Translations under genes and position numbers: made by a program
NCBI GenBank assembly: GCA_038087875.1
Contig: JAXLNO010000071.1
Span: 1-64,000 of the forward strand
Length of the DNA stretch: 64,000 nucleotides
Source of the DNA: Malacoraja senta
Lineage: Eukaryota
Direction: 5' to 3'
In this document: piece after piece, positions 22,253 to 34,325 of the stretch
How the letters are laid out: each line of letters begins with the position of its first letter
Position numbering within the stretch: position 1 is the first letter of the stretch
The notes under the pieces: generated by a model
The model's database searches: none
The model's input: only the letters and a program-made list of their open reading frames with translations
Told to the model about the DNA's origin: nothing

Positions 22253-25200
22253 CCACATAACAATTATAGCACGGAAACAGGCCATCTTGGCCATTCTAGT
22301 CCGTGCCGAACACTTTCTCTCACCTAGTCCCATCTACCTACCTGCACTCAGACCATAACCCTGCATTCCTTTCCCGTCCATATACCTATCCAATTTATTT
22401 TTAAATGATAAAAACGAACCTGCCTTCACCACTTCCACTGGAAGCTCATTCCACACAGCTACCACTCTCTGAGTAAAGAAGTTCCCCCTCATGTTACCCC
22501 TAAACCTTTGTCCCTTAATTCTCAAATCATGTCCTCTTGTTTGAATCTTCCCTACTCTCAATGGAAAAAGCTTATCCACGTCAACTCTGTCTATCCCTCT
22601 CATCATTTTAAAGACCTCTATCAAGTCTCCTCTTAACCTTCTGCGCTCCAAAAAATAAAGACCCATCTTGTTCAACCTTTCTCTGTAACTTAGGTGCTGA
22701 AACCCAGGCAACATTCTAGTAAATTTCCTCTGTACTCTCTCTATTTTGTTGACATCTTTCCTATAATTTGGCAACCAGAATTGTACACCATATTCCAGAA
22801 TTGGCCTCACCAATGCCTTGTACAATTTTAACATTACATCCCAACTTCTATACTCAATGCTCTGATTTATAAAGGCCAGCACACCAAAAGCTTTCTTTAC
22901 CACCCTATCTACATGAGATTCCACCTTCAGGGAACAATGCACAGTTATTCCTAGATCCCTCTGTTCAACTGCATTCCTCCATTCGCTACCATTTACCGTG
23001 TACGTCCTATTTTGATTTGTCCTGCCAAGATGTAGCACCTCACACTTATCAGCATTAAATTCCATCTGCCATCTTTCAACCCACTCTTCTAAATGGCCTA
23101 AATCTCTCTGTAGACTTTGAAAATCAACTTCATTTTCCACAACACCACCTATCCTAGTATCATCTGCATACTTACAATTTCCAATTTACCACACCAACAT
23201 CCAGATCTTTGATGTATATGACAAAAAACAGTGGACCCAACACAGATCCCTGAGGCACCCCACTAGTCACCGGCCTCCAACCTGACAAATAGTTATCCAC
23301 CATTACTCTCTGGTATCTCCCATTCAGCCACTGTTGAATCCATCTTGCTACTCCACTATTAATACCCAACAATTGAACCTTCTTAACCAACCTTCCATGT
23401 GGAACCTTGTCAAAGGCCTTACTGAAGTCCATATATACAACATCCACCACCTTACCCTCATCAATTTCCCTAGTAACCTCTTCAAAAAATTCAAGATCAA
23501 ACATGACCTTCCAGGCACAAATCCATGTTGACTGTTCCTAACCAGACCCTGTTTATCCAGATGATTATCTATATTATCTCCAAGTATTCTTTCCATTAAT
23601 TTGCCCACCACTGACGTCAAACTAACAGGTCTATAATTGCTAGGTTTACTCTTAGAACCCTTTTTAAACAATGGAACAACATGCGCAGTACGCCAATCCT
23701 ACGGCACTATTCCCGTTTCTAATGACATTTGAAATATTTCTGTCATAACCCCTGCCATTTCTACTCTAACTTCCCTCAATGTCCTAGTGAATATCCTCTC
23801 GGGACTTGGAGACTTATCCACTTTTATATTTTTCAAAAGTGAGTACTTCCTCTTCTTTGATCCTCGTAGTTTCCATAGCTACTCTACTTGTTTCCCATAC
23901 CTCACATAATTCAATATCCTTCTCCTTGGTGAATACCGAAGAAAAGAATTGTTCAATATCTTCCCCATCTCTTTAGGCTCTGCAGATAGCTGTCCACTCT
24001 GACTCTCTAATGGATCAATTTTATCCCTAGTTATCCTTTTGCTATTAATATAGCTGTAGAAACCCTTTGGATTTACTTTCACCTTACTTGCCAAAGCAAC
24101 CATATCTTCTTTTAGCTTTTCTAATTTCTTTCTTAAGATTTTTTTTACATTCTTTATGCTCCTCAAGCACCTCATTTACTCCATGCTGCTTATAATTCTT
24201 GTAGATCTCCCTCTTTTTCCGAACCGTGTCCAATTTCCCTTGAAAACCATGGCTCTTTCCAATTATTACTCTTTCCTTTCAACCGAACAGGAACATAAAG
24301 ATTCTGTACTTAAAATGTCACCTTTAAATGTCCTCCATTTCTCTACTACATCCTTCCCATAAAACAAAATGTCCCAATTCACTCCTTTTAAATCCTTTCG
24401 CATCTCCTCAAAGTTAGCCTTTCTCCAATCAAAAATCTCAACCCTAGATCCAGTTCTGACCTTCTCCATAATTATATTGAAACTAATGGTATTGTGATCA
24501 CTGGACCCGAAGTGCTCCCCAACGCATACCTCCGCCACCTGACCTGTTTCATTTCCTAACAGGAGGTCCAGCACTGCCCCTTCTCTAGTAGGTACCTCTA
24601 TGTATTGCTGCAAAAAACTATCCTGCACACATTTTACAAACTCCAAACCATCCAGCCCTTTTGCAGAATGTGTTTCCCAGTCTATGTGTGGAAAATTGAA
24701 ATCTCCCACAATCACTACCTTGTGCTTACTACTAATATCTGCTATCTCCTTACATATTTGCTCTTCCAATTCTCGCTCCCCATTAGGCGGTCTATAATAC
24801 ACCCCTTCCCCATTTCTCAGTTCCACCCAAATAGCCTCCCTAGACGAGCCCTCTAATCTATCCTGCCAAAGCACTGCTGTAATATCTTCCCTGACAAGCA
24901 ATGCAACACCTCCACCTCTTGCCCCTCCAATTCTACCACACCTGAAGCAACGAAATCCTGTAATATTTCGTTTCCAATCACAGCCCTCCTGCAACCATGT
25001 TTCACTTATCGCCACAACATCATACTTCCAGGTGTCAATCTAAGCTCTAAGCTCATCCACCTTTCTTACAATGCTCCTAGCATTAAAAGATACACATTTA
25101 AGAAACCCACCACCTCTTATTCTCTGTTTATTATCTTTTTCTTCTTTCTCCCCTACATGTTGGGTCTGAGTGCTTCCCATCTCTGCCTTCTGCCTCACAC

Positions 25201-26350
25201 ACTGTCTACTAGCTTTCTCTATTTGAGTCCCTCCCACCAACCGTTCTAGTTTAACGTCTCCCCAGTAGCCTTTGTAAATCTCCCCGCCAGGATATTGGTT
25301 CCCCTCGGGTTCAAATGCAACCCGTCCTTTTTGTACAGGTCACACTTTCCCCAAAAGAGGTCCCAATGATCCAGAAACTTTAATCCCTGCCCTCTGCACC
25401 AGTCCCTCAGCCACGCATTTATCATCCACCTCACTCCATTCCTACTCTCACTGCCGTGTGGCACAGGCAGTAATTCTGAGATAGTTACTTTTGCGGTCCT
25501 TCTCCTTAACTCTCCTCCTAACTCCCTAAATTCTCATTTCAGGACCTCTTCTCTTTTTCTACCTATGTCTTTGGTACCTATATGTACCACGACCTCAGGC
25601 TCCTCTCCCTCCCATTTCAGGATATCTTGGACACGTTCAGACACATCCCAGACCCTGGCACCAGGGAGGCAAACTACCATCCGGGTCTCCTGACTGCGTC
25701 CACAGAATCGCCTATCTGACCCCTAACTATAGAGTCCCCTATTAGTATTGCCCTCCTCTTCTTTTCCCTACCCTTCTGAGCAACAGGGCCGGTCTCTGCG
25801 CCGGAGGCCTGGCCGCTGTCCCTACCCCAAGGTAGGCTGTCCCCTCCAACAGTACTCAAACAGGAATACTTATTTCCAAGGTGTACAGCCACCGGGGTAC
25901 TCACTAGTCCCTGCCTCTGCCCCTTGCCCCTCCTACCCGTGACCAACTTGTCTGCCTCCCGTGGTCTTGGAGTGACCACCTCTCTATAACTCTTCTCTAT
26001 GACCTCCTCACTCTCCCTGACCAGACAGAGGTCATCGAGCTGGTGCTCCAGGTTCCTAATACGGTCCCTTAGGAGCCACATTTCGACGCACCTCGCACAG
26101 ATGTGGACGCCTGGAAGGCTATCAGACTCCATGACTTCCCACATCTGACATTCAGAACAGTAAACTGCCCGGGCACTCATACTCCCCCCTTACCCAGGAT
26201 ACAAAACAAAGAGCTGGAAGAAATCAGCAGGGCCGGCAGTATCTAGCGTTACTCCCAATCAGCTGCTTCCTCTAGTCCGCTTCCACCAATCAGCGGCTTC
26301 CTCTGGACCACTTATTTTGAACGTATATCTCTTATACCACTTATATCTCT
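22253..26350 (-). mobile_element. Near full-length, inactivated CR1 LINE (in A2)
   Basis: ORFs 25674..26180, 25246..25464, 24266..25015, 23172..23671 and 22334..23140 carry the same CR1 motifs. Confidence 0.93.
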
Positions 26351-27489
26351 CCCTCCCAACCCCATTCTCCTGCCTTCACCCCATTACCCCTGACACCCGT
26401 ATTAATCAAGAATCGATCTCCCGGTGGCTCAGCACTTCAACTGCCCGTCCCATTCCGAATCCGACCTTTCTGTCCTGGGCCTCCTCCATGGCTAGAGTGA
26501 GTCCCACTGCAAATTGGAGGAGCAGCACCTCATATTTCGCTTGGGCAGTTTACACCCCACCGGTATGAACATTGACTTCTCCAATTACAGGTAGTCCCTG
26601 CTTTCTCCCTCCTTCCCCTCCCCTTCCCAGCTCTCCCACAGCCCACTGTCTCCGCCTCTTCCTTTCCTCTTCCAGCCGCCCCCCACCCCCACATCAGTCT
26701 GAAGAAGGGTCTCGACCCGAAATGTCGCTCCATAGATGCTGCCTCACGCGCTGAGTTTCTCCAGCATTTTTGTCTACCTTAGATTTTTCCAGCATCTGCA
26801 GTTCTTTCTTAAACAAGAATCTATCACAGCCTTAAATATATCCACTGACTTGTGGCCTCCACCGCCGTGTGTGGCAAAGAATCCCACAGATTTACCACCC
26901 TCTGGTGAAAGAAATTCCTCCTCATCTCCTTCCTAAAGGAACGTCCTTTAATTCTGAGGCTGTGCCCTCTGGTCCCAGACTCTCCCACTACTGGAAACAT
27001 CCTCTCCACATCCACTCTATCCAGGCCTTTCACTATTCTGTACGTTTCAATGAGGTCACCCCCACTCATTCTTCTAAACTCCAGCGATTACAGGCCCATG
27101 CCCCAAGGGGCATGGAGGGCCGAAGGGCCTATTTCCGCGCTGTATATCTGAACTAACATGAACTGAACCAAACTAAACTTTTTTTCCTTATAACACAGTG
27201 CCCAGAACTGAACATAATATTTTAAATGTGGCCTCACCAATGCCTATATCTTGCACTAAACGTTATTCCCTTTATCCTGTATCTGTACACTGTGGACGGC
27301 TCTATTGTAATCATGTACACTTTCCGCTGACTGGATAGCACGCAACAAGAAAGCTTTTCACTGTACCTCGGTACACGGGACAATAAACTCAACTGGATGG
27401 AAAGGGAAGGCAGGAATTATTGTCTCTATAAAGCCACCAACTATCTTGGGACTGCCGTGAGTCAATGAAGAGCCCTAAATCGTCATGGC

Positions 27490-28016
27490 TATGGTTGCCA
27501 ACTTTCTCACTCCCAAATAAGGGACACATGTCAAAATACGGGACAAATTCCCCAGGGCAATTCGTTGAGCGACTCGGCCGTGGCTGGGTGAATGATGAGT
27601 TGCCCCGGGTGCTGGACTGCACACAAAGCCCAGCCGGCGGGCCAGCTGAGGAGTTTAAGCCCGGGGGGCAAAGTCCGGCGCCCAGTCCAACTCGTGAACC
27701 GACGATCGGCCCATGAGGAGGGGTGGTGGTGGTGTCGGCGGTCAGCGAAGGTCCGAGGCTCGTACAGCTGGCCGGGCTGCTGACCGACCGACCGACGGGG
27801 CCACGGGCAAGGCGCTGCTGCTGCCGCTGCACTCCATAGGCTGCACTACGTCGGGACGGGCGAGGCGGGGCAGGACGTGGCGCTCCGACCCGACAGTCCC
27901 CTCGACCCGGGTAGAAGCAGTCAAATACGGGACAAGGGCGGTCCTGTACGGGACAAACCAATTTATTGGCCAATGTACAGGATGTCACAGCTAATACGGG
28001 ACAGTTGCCAACCCTA
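27490..28016. mobile_element. hAT MITE, A2 copy
   Basis: Same TIRs and flanks as 1713..2243, inverted. Confidence 0.8.
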
Positions 28017-31000
28017 ATCACGGCTCGCGAAAAGCTCGTCAACAAAACATGTATAACTTTCATCAGAGAACAGCGAATCTCGGAGGAAACCTGGCTCAAA
28101 GGCTCAGTGAACACACTTCCTCCCAGCATCAGATACGAAACAGGCACAACATGTTGGAGTAACTCATAGAGCCATAGTCTTAGAGACATAGAGTGATACA
28201 GCGTGGAAACAGACATAGAGTGAAACAGCATGGATAGGTACAAAGTGCTGGAGTAGGTCAGCGGGTCAGGCAGCATCTCTGGAGAATGTGGATAGGTACA
28301 AAGTGCTAGAGTAACTCAGCGGGTCAGGCATCATCTCTGGAGAACAAAGACGTTCTAATGAGGTCTCCCGTCAGCCTCCGACGCTCCAGAGAAAACAATC
28401 CCAGTTGTCCAACAAGGGTTGAATGCCTCGGCAAGGCCAGCAGCATAATCAAGGACCAGTCTCACTCACTCTCCTCCCCTCTCCCATCGGACAACAGGTA
28501 CAGAAGTGTGAAAACGAACGCACACCTCCAGATTCAGGGACAGTTTCTTCCCGGCTGCGCAACGTGTAGTGGGTCATCACAGTGGCGCAGCGGGTAGAGC
28601 TGCTGCCTCACAGCGCCAGAGACCCGGGTTCGATCCCAACCACGGGTGCTGTCTGTACGGAGTTTGTACGTTCTCCCCGTGACCTGCGTGGGTTTCCCAC
28701 AACCTTTTACCACTGCACCAGAGAGCATACTAAAATATGTCATCTCTCTGTGGTATCTCAGCTGTACGGAGACGGAGAGGAGAGCTGTTCAGCGCGTCGT
28801 CCACTGAGCGCAGAAGATCATTGGGACACAGCTACCAGCTTTGGAGGGCATCTACTATACACGGTGCCTCAGGAAGGCCGTCAGCATCCACAAAGACTCC
28901 TCATACCCCTGTAATAGTCTGTTCGAACTCCTACCTTCCTGCAGACGTTACAAGGCCTTCTACGCCCGCACTTCCAGAATCGGGAAGAGCTTCATCCCCA
29001 GAGCTATAGCTGCTCTGAACCGGCCCTGCTGAGTGCCCCCCACCCCCATGAACGTCTCCCTCGGATGGTCACGTCGCACATCGACCCGGCACAGACACAT
29101 TTGCACTTTAGACTATTTTACTGTTTTACTGTTCTTTTTGGATAAACCATGTTTCTCGGGGTATCTAAATGTTATTAGTTGTTTAAGTTGTGACATCAGA
29201 TGGAAGCTGCATACCAAATCTCGTTGCACCTGTGTGCAATGACAATAAAAGATATTATTATAATCATTATTTCTCCGGGCGCTCCGGTTTCCTCCCACAC
29301 TCCAAAGATGTGTAGGTTTGTAGGTTAATTGGCTTCGGTAAAAATTGTAAATTGTCCCCTAGTGTGTGTCGGATAGTGTTAGTGTGTGGGGATCGCTGGT
29401 CGGCGCGGAGTTGGTGGGCCGAAGGGCCTGTTTCCGCGCTGTATCTCTAAACTAAACACAGAACTAGTGTGTGATCAGGCGATCGCTGGTCGGCACAAAC
29501 TCGGTGGGCCGAAGGGCCTGTTTCCACGCTTGGTCTCTGAGCTAAACTGCACTGAACTTAACTAAACTAAATCTTATAGGAAGTTGTGATATGGGAACTG
29601 GTTAGTGTGTGTGTGTGTGTGGAGGGGGGTTGGTAAGGGGGGGGGGGGGTGGGGGGAGCTTCAGAGCGATATCTTGCAGGGGAGAAACCCTTCTGCCGAG
29701 AAGGAAGTCATCTCTAGATTCAGATGGAATCTCTTTCTATCTCAGAAGAACACAAACCAAATGCAGATAAGATAACAGCCAGCCCTTACAAGGCTCTGAC
29801 ATGTCTTGTGTAACATTTTTCACACACTTTAGTGGTAAACAAGTCTACAAAATGCTTCTCTAACTCCATCTACACCTCACGCTGCCTCGGCAAGGCCAGC
29901 TGCATAATCATGGACCAGTCTCATCCCCGGTCACTCCCTGTCCTCCCCTAACAAGGTTGATTCCAGGGATGGCGGGACTGTCATATGCTGAGAGAAAGGA
30001 GCGGCTGGGCTTGTATACTCTGGAGTATAGAATGAGAGGGGATCTAATTGAAACATATAAGATTATTAAGGGTTTGGACACGCTAGAGGCAGGAAACATG
30101 TTCCCGACGTTGGGGGAATCCAGAACCAGGGGCCACGCACTTAATAATAAGGGGTAAACCATTTAGAATGGAGACGAGGAAACACTTTTTCTGACAGAGA
30201 GTTGTGAGTCTGTGGAATTCTCTGCCTCAGAGGGCGGTGGAGGCCGGTTTCTCTGGATGCTTTCAAGAGTTAGATTGAGCTCTTAAAGATAGCGGAGTCA
30301 GGGGATATGGGGAGAAGGCAGGAACGGGGTACTGATTGTGGATGATCAGCCATGATCACATTGAATGGCGGTGCTGGCTCAAAGAGCCAAATGGCCTACT
30401 CCTGCACCTATTGTCTATTGTCTCTCCCATCGGGCAAGAGGTACAGAAGTATTAAATCGAAGCACACCTCCAGATCCAGGGGCAGTTTTTTCCCGGCTGC
30501 CCAACGTGTAGTGCCCATCACGGTGGCGCAGCGGGTAGAGCTGCTGCCTCACAGCGCCAGAGACCCGGGTTCCATCCCGACCACGGGTTCTGTCTGTACG
30601 GAGTCTGCACGTTCTCCCCGTGACCTGCGTGGGTTTTCTCTGGGCGCAGATTTCTTGGAGTTCTGGGGTTTTCTCGGAGTACGGTTTCCTCCCACACTCC
30701 AAAGACGTGCGGGTTTGTAGGTTAATTGCCTTTAGTAAAATTGTAAATTGTCCCTAGTGTGTGTAGGATACTGTTAGTGTTAGAAACAGGCCCTTCGGCC
30801 CACTGAGTCCGTGCCGACCAGCGATCGCCCGTTCACACACTAGTTCAGTTTAGAGATACAGCGCGGAAACAGGCCCTTCGGCCCACCGAGTCCGTGCTAA
30901 CCAGCGATCGCCCGTTTACACACTAATTCTGTGTTTAGTTTAGAGATACAGCGTGGAAACAGGCCCTTCGGCCCACCGAGTCCGCGCCGACCAGCGATCC

Positions 31001-33849
31001 CCGCACACTAACACTATCCTACACACACTAGGGACAATTTGCAATTTTACTAAAGCCAGATGGTCTGGGCTGCGTCCGCAACTCTGTCTTGGATGGAGCT
31101 GTTCCCAAAACGGACTGTGATATCATCACCGATCTATCATGACCCAATCACATTGAATCTACACCCAAGAAGCCACACCAATACCACTACATCCCATAGA
31201 GGTTTAGTACGTCTTTAGTGGCTTTTACAAACTTCCACAGATGCACCATAGAAAGCATATTGTCAAACTGCATCACAGCTTGGTTTGGGAACACTTCTTA
31301 GAAACATAGAAAAAAAGGTGCAGGAGTAGGCCATTCGGCCCTTTGAGCCAGCACCGCCATTTAATATGATCATGGCTGCTCATCCACAATCAGTACCCAC
31401 GTTTCTGCTTTCTCCCCATATCCCTTGATTCCGTTCGCCTTAAGAGCTAAATCTAAATCTCTCTTGAAAACATCCAGTGAACTGGCCTCCACTGCCTTCT
31501 GTGGCAGAGAATTCCACAGATTCACAACTCTCTGGGTGGAAAAAGTTTTTCCTCATCTCAGTCCTATATGGCCGACCCCTTATTCTTAAACTGTGTGTGG
31601 CCCCTGGTTCTGCACGCCCCCAACATCGGGAACATGTTTCCTGCCTCTAACGTGTCCAATCGCTTAATAGTCTTATATGTTTCAATAAGATTCCCTCTCA
31701 TCCTTTTCAACTCCAGAGTGTACAAGCCCAGCTGCTCCATTCTCTCAGCATATGACTGTCCTGCCATCCCGGGAATTAACCTGGTGAACCTACGCTGGGC
31801 TCCCTCAATAGCAAGAATGTCCTTCCTCAAATTTGGAGACCAAAACTGCACACAGTACTCCAGGTGCGGTCTCACCAGGGCCCTGTACAACTGCAGTAGG
31901 ACCTCTTTGCTCCTATACTCAAATCCTCTCGCTATGAAGGCCAACAGGCCACTAGCTTTCTTCACTGTCTGCTGTACCTGCATGTTTACTAGTCAAGAGT
32001 CAAGAGTGTTTTATTGTCATATGTCTTGCTATTGAGGGAGTGCAACGTAGGTTCACTGTCATATGCTGAGAGAATGGAGCGGCTGGGCTTGTATACTCTG
32101 GAATTTAGAAGGATGAGAGAGGATCTTATTGAAACATATAAGATTATTGAGGATTTGGACATGCTAGAGGCAGGAAACATGTTCCCGATGTTGGGGGAGT
32201 CCAGAACCAGGGGCCACAGTTTAAGAATAAGGGGTCGGACAATTTGAACGGAGACGAGGAAACACTTTTTCACCCAGAGAGTTGCGAGTCTGTGGAATTC
32301 TCTGCCTCAGAGGGCGGTGGAGGCCGGTTCTCTGGATACTTTCAAGAGAGAGCTAGATAGTGCTCTTAAAGATAGCGGAGTCAGGGGATATGGGGAGAAG
32401 GCAGGAACGGGGTACTGATTGGGGATGATCAGCCATGATCACAGTGAATGGCGGTGCTGGCTGGAAGGCCCAAATGGCCTACTCCTGCACCTATTGTCTA
32501 TTGTCTATTGCCGGATGGGACAATGAAATTCTTACTTGCGGCAGCACAACAGAATATGTGAATATGTAAACATTATACATAACGGGGGAAGAGAAAAAAA
32601 TGTTCAATAAATAACTAATATAGTGCAGTAATGATAATATTTTGCAGTTCAGAGCTCAGAGCTTATTTGTTGTTGTGTTTAATAGCCTGATCAGTGACTG
32701 ATGTACAAGGACACCAAGGTCTCGTTGTACTTCCCCTTTTCGTAATCTGACACCATTCAGATAATAATCTGCCTTCCTGTTTTTGCCACCAAAATGGTCA
32801 ACCTCACATTGATACACATTGTACTGCATCTGCCCACTCACCCAACCTGTCCAAGTCACCCTACATCCTCATCACAGCTCACACTGCCATCCAGCTTTGT
32901 GTCATCCGCAAACCCAAACTCTCCACAAGACTCCTTTCCATCCATCGCCTCCATCTACACCTCAAGCTGCCTCGGCAAGGCCAGCAGCATAATCGAGGAC
33001 CAGTCTCACCCCCGGTCACTCCCTCTTCTCCCCCTCTCCCAAATGGCAAGAGGTACAGAAGTGTGTAAACGAACGCACATCTCCAGATTCAGGAACAGTC
33101 TCTTCCCGGCTGTTATTGGGCAACTGAACCATCCTACCACAACCAGAGAGCGGTCCTGAACTACTATCTACCTCATTGGTGACCCTCGGAATATCCTTAA
33201 CCTTGTACTAAAATGTAAGAACGATCCCAAGAATGAGTGGGTTAACGTACGATGAGCATTTGTCAGCACTGGGCCTGTACTCGCTGGAGTTTAGAAGAAT
33301 GAGGGGGGACCTCATTGAAACTTTCTGAATAGTGAAAGGCCTGGATAGAGTGGATGTGGAGAGGATGTTTCCACTAGTGGGAGAGTCTAGAACCAGAGGT
33401 CACAGCCTCAGAATTAAAGGACGTTCCTTTACGAAGGAAATGAGGAGGAATTTCTTTAGTCAGAGGGTGGTGAATCTGTGGAATTCTTTGCCACAGACTG
33501 CGGTGGAGGCCACAAGTCAGTGAATATTTTTAAGGCAGAGATAGATAGATTCTTGATTAGTACGGGTGTCAGGGGTTATGGGAAGAAGTAGGAGAATGGG
33601 CTTAGGAGGGAGAGATAGATCAGCCACGATTGAATGGCAGAGGAGACTTGATGGGCCAAATGGCCTAATTCTGCTCCTATCCCTTATGACCCTTACCACC
33701 TTATAACTAAACATTATTCCCTTATCATGTAATCTATACCTTGTAAACGGTTCCATTGTAAACATGTATTGTCTTTCCGCTGACTAGTTAGCACGCAACA
33801 AAAGCTTTTCACTGTATCTCGGTACACGTGGCAATAAACTAAACTGATC

Positions 33850-34325
33850 GACGAGACCAACGCAGGCTCAGCGATCTTTTCACTGAACACCTCCGCTCAG
33901 TCCGCCTGGACCTACCTGATCTCCCGGTATCCCAGCACTTCAACTCCCCCTCCCATTCCCACACTGACCTTTCTGTCCTGGGCCTCCTCCATTGTCAGAG
34001 TGAGGCCCAGCGCAAATTGGAGGAGCAGCACCTCATATTTCGCTTGGCTAGCTTACACCCCAGTGGTATGAACATTGACTTCTCTAACTTCAGATAGCCC
34101 TTGCTTTCCCTCTCTCTCCATCCCTTCCCCCTTCCCAGTTCTCCCACTAGTCTTACTGTCTCCGACTACATTCCATCTGTCCCGCCCCCTTTCCTGACAT
34201 CAGTCTGAAGGATATCGACCGAAACATCGCCCATTCCTTCTCTCCAGAGATGCTGCCTCACCCGCTGAGTTACTCCAGCACTTTGTCTACCTTCGATTTA
34301 AACCAGCATCTGCAGTTCTTTCCCA
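33850..34325 (+). mobile_element. Penelope-like element fragment (GIY-YIG endonuclease C-terminal half)
   Basis: Reads RRLSDLFTEHLRSVRLDLPDLPVSQHFNSPSHSHTDLSVLGLLHCQSEAQRKLEEQHLIFRLASLHPSGMNIDFSNFR*. Confidence 0.78.

Larger units (their letters stand above)
7214..29546 (+). repeat. Left arm of a large inverted duplication (partner 42059..64000)
   Basis: Almost every ORF in 7457..29298 has a mirror-image ORF in 42487..63833. Position 64000 maps to 7214 and 42059 maps to 29546. Confidence 0.95.
22253..29685 (-). repeat. Composite block A, copy A2 (inverted relative to A1)
   Basis: Mirror ORFs, e.g. 28841..29032 vs 647..838 and 25674..26180 vs 3523..4029. Confidence 0.93.

Noticed and set aside
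27389..28276. 295-aa ORF (and related ORFs at 1492..1965 and 43771..44406)
   Set aside because: Runs across repeat fragments and the GC-rich MITE, has no recognisable domain, and the frame is broken in the other two copies.
28578..28650. tRNA-like sequence with A and B boxes (also ~1030..1100, 30520..30590, 43135..43206)
   Set aside because: SINE heads continuing into the V-domain; no complete cloverleaf.
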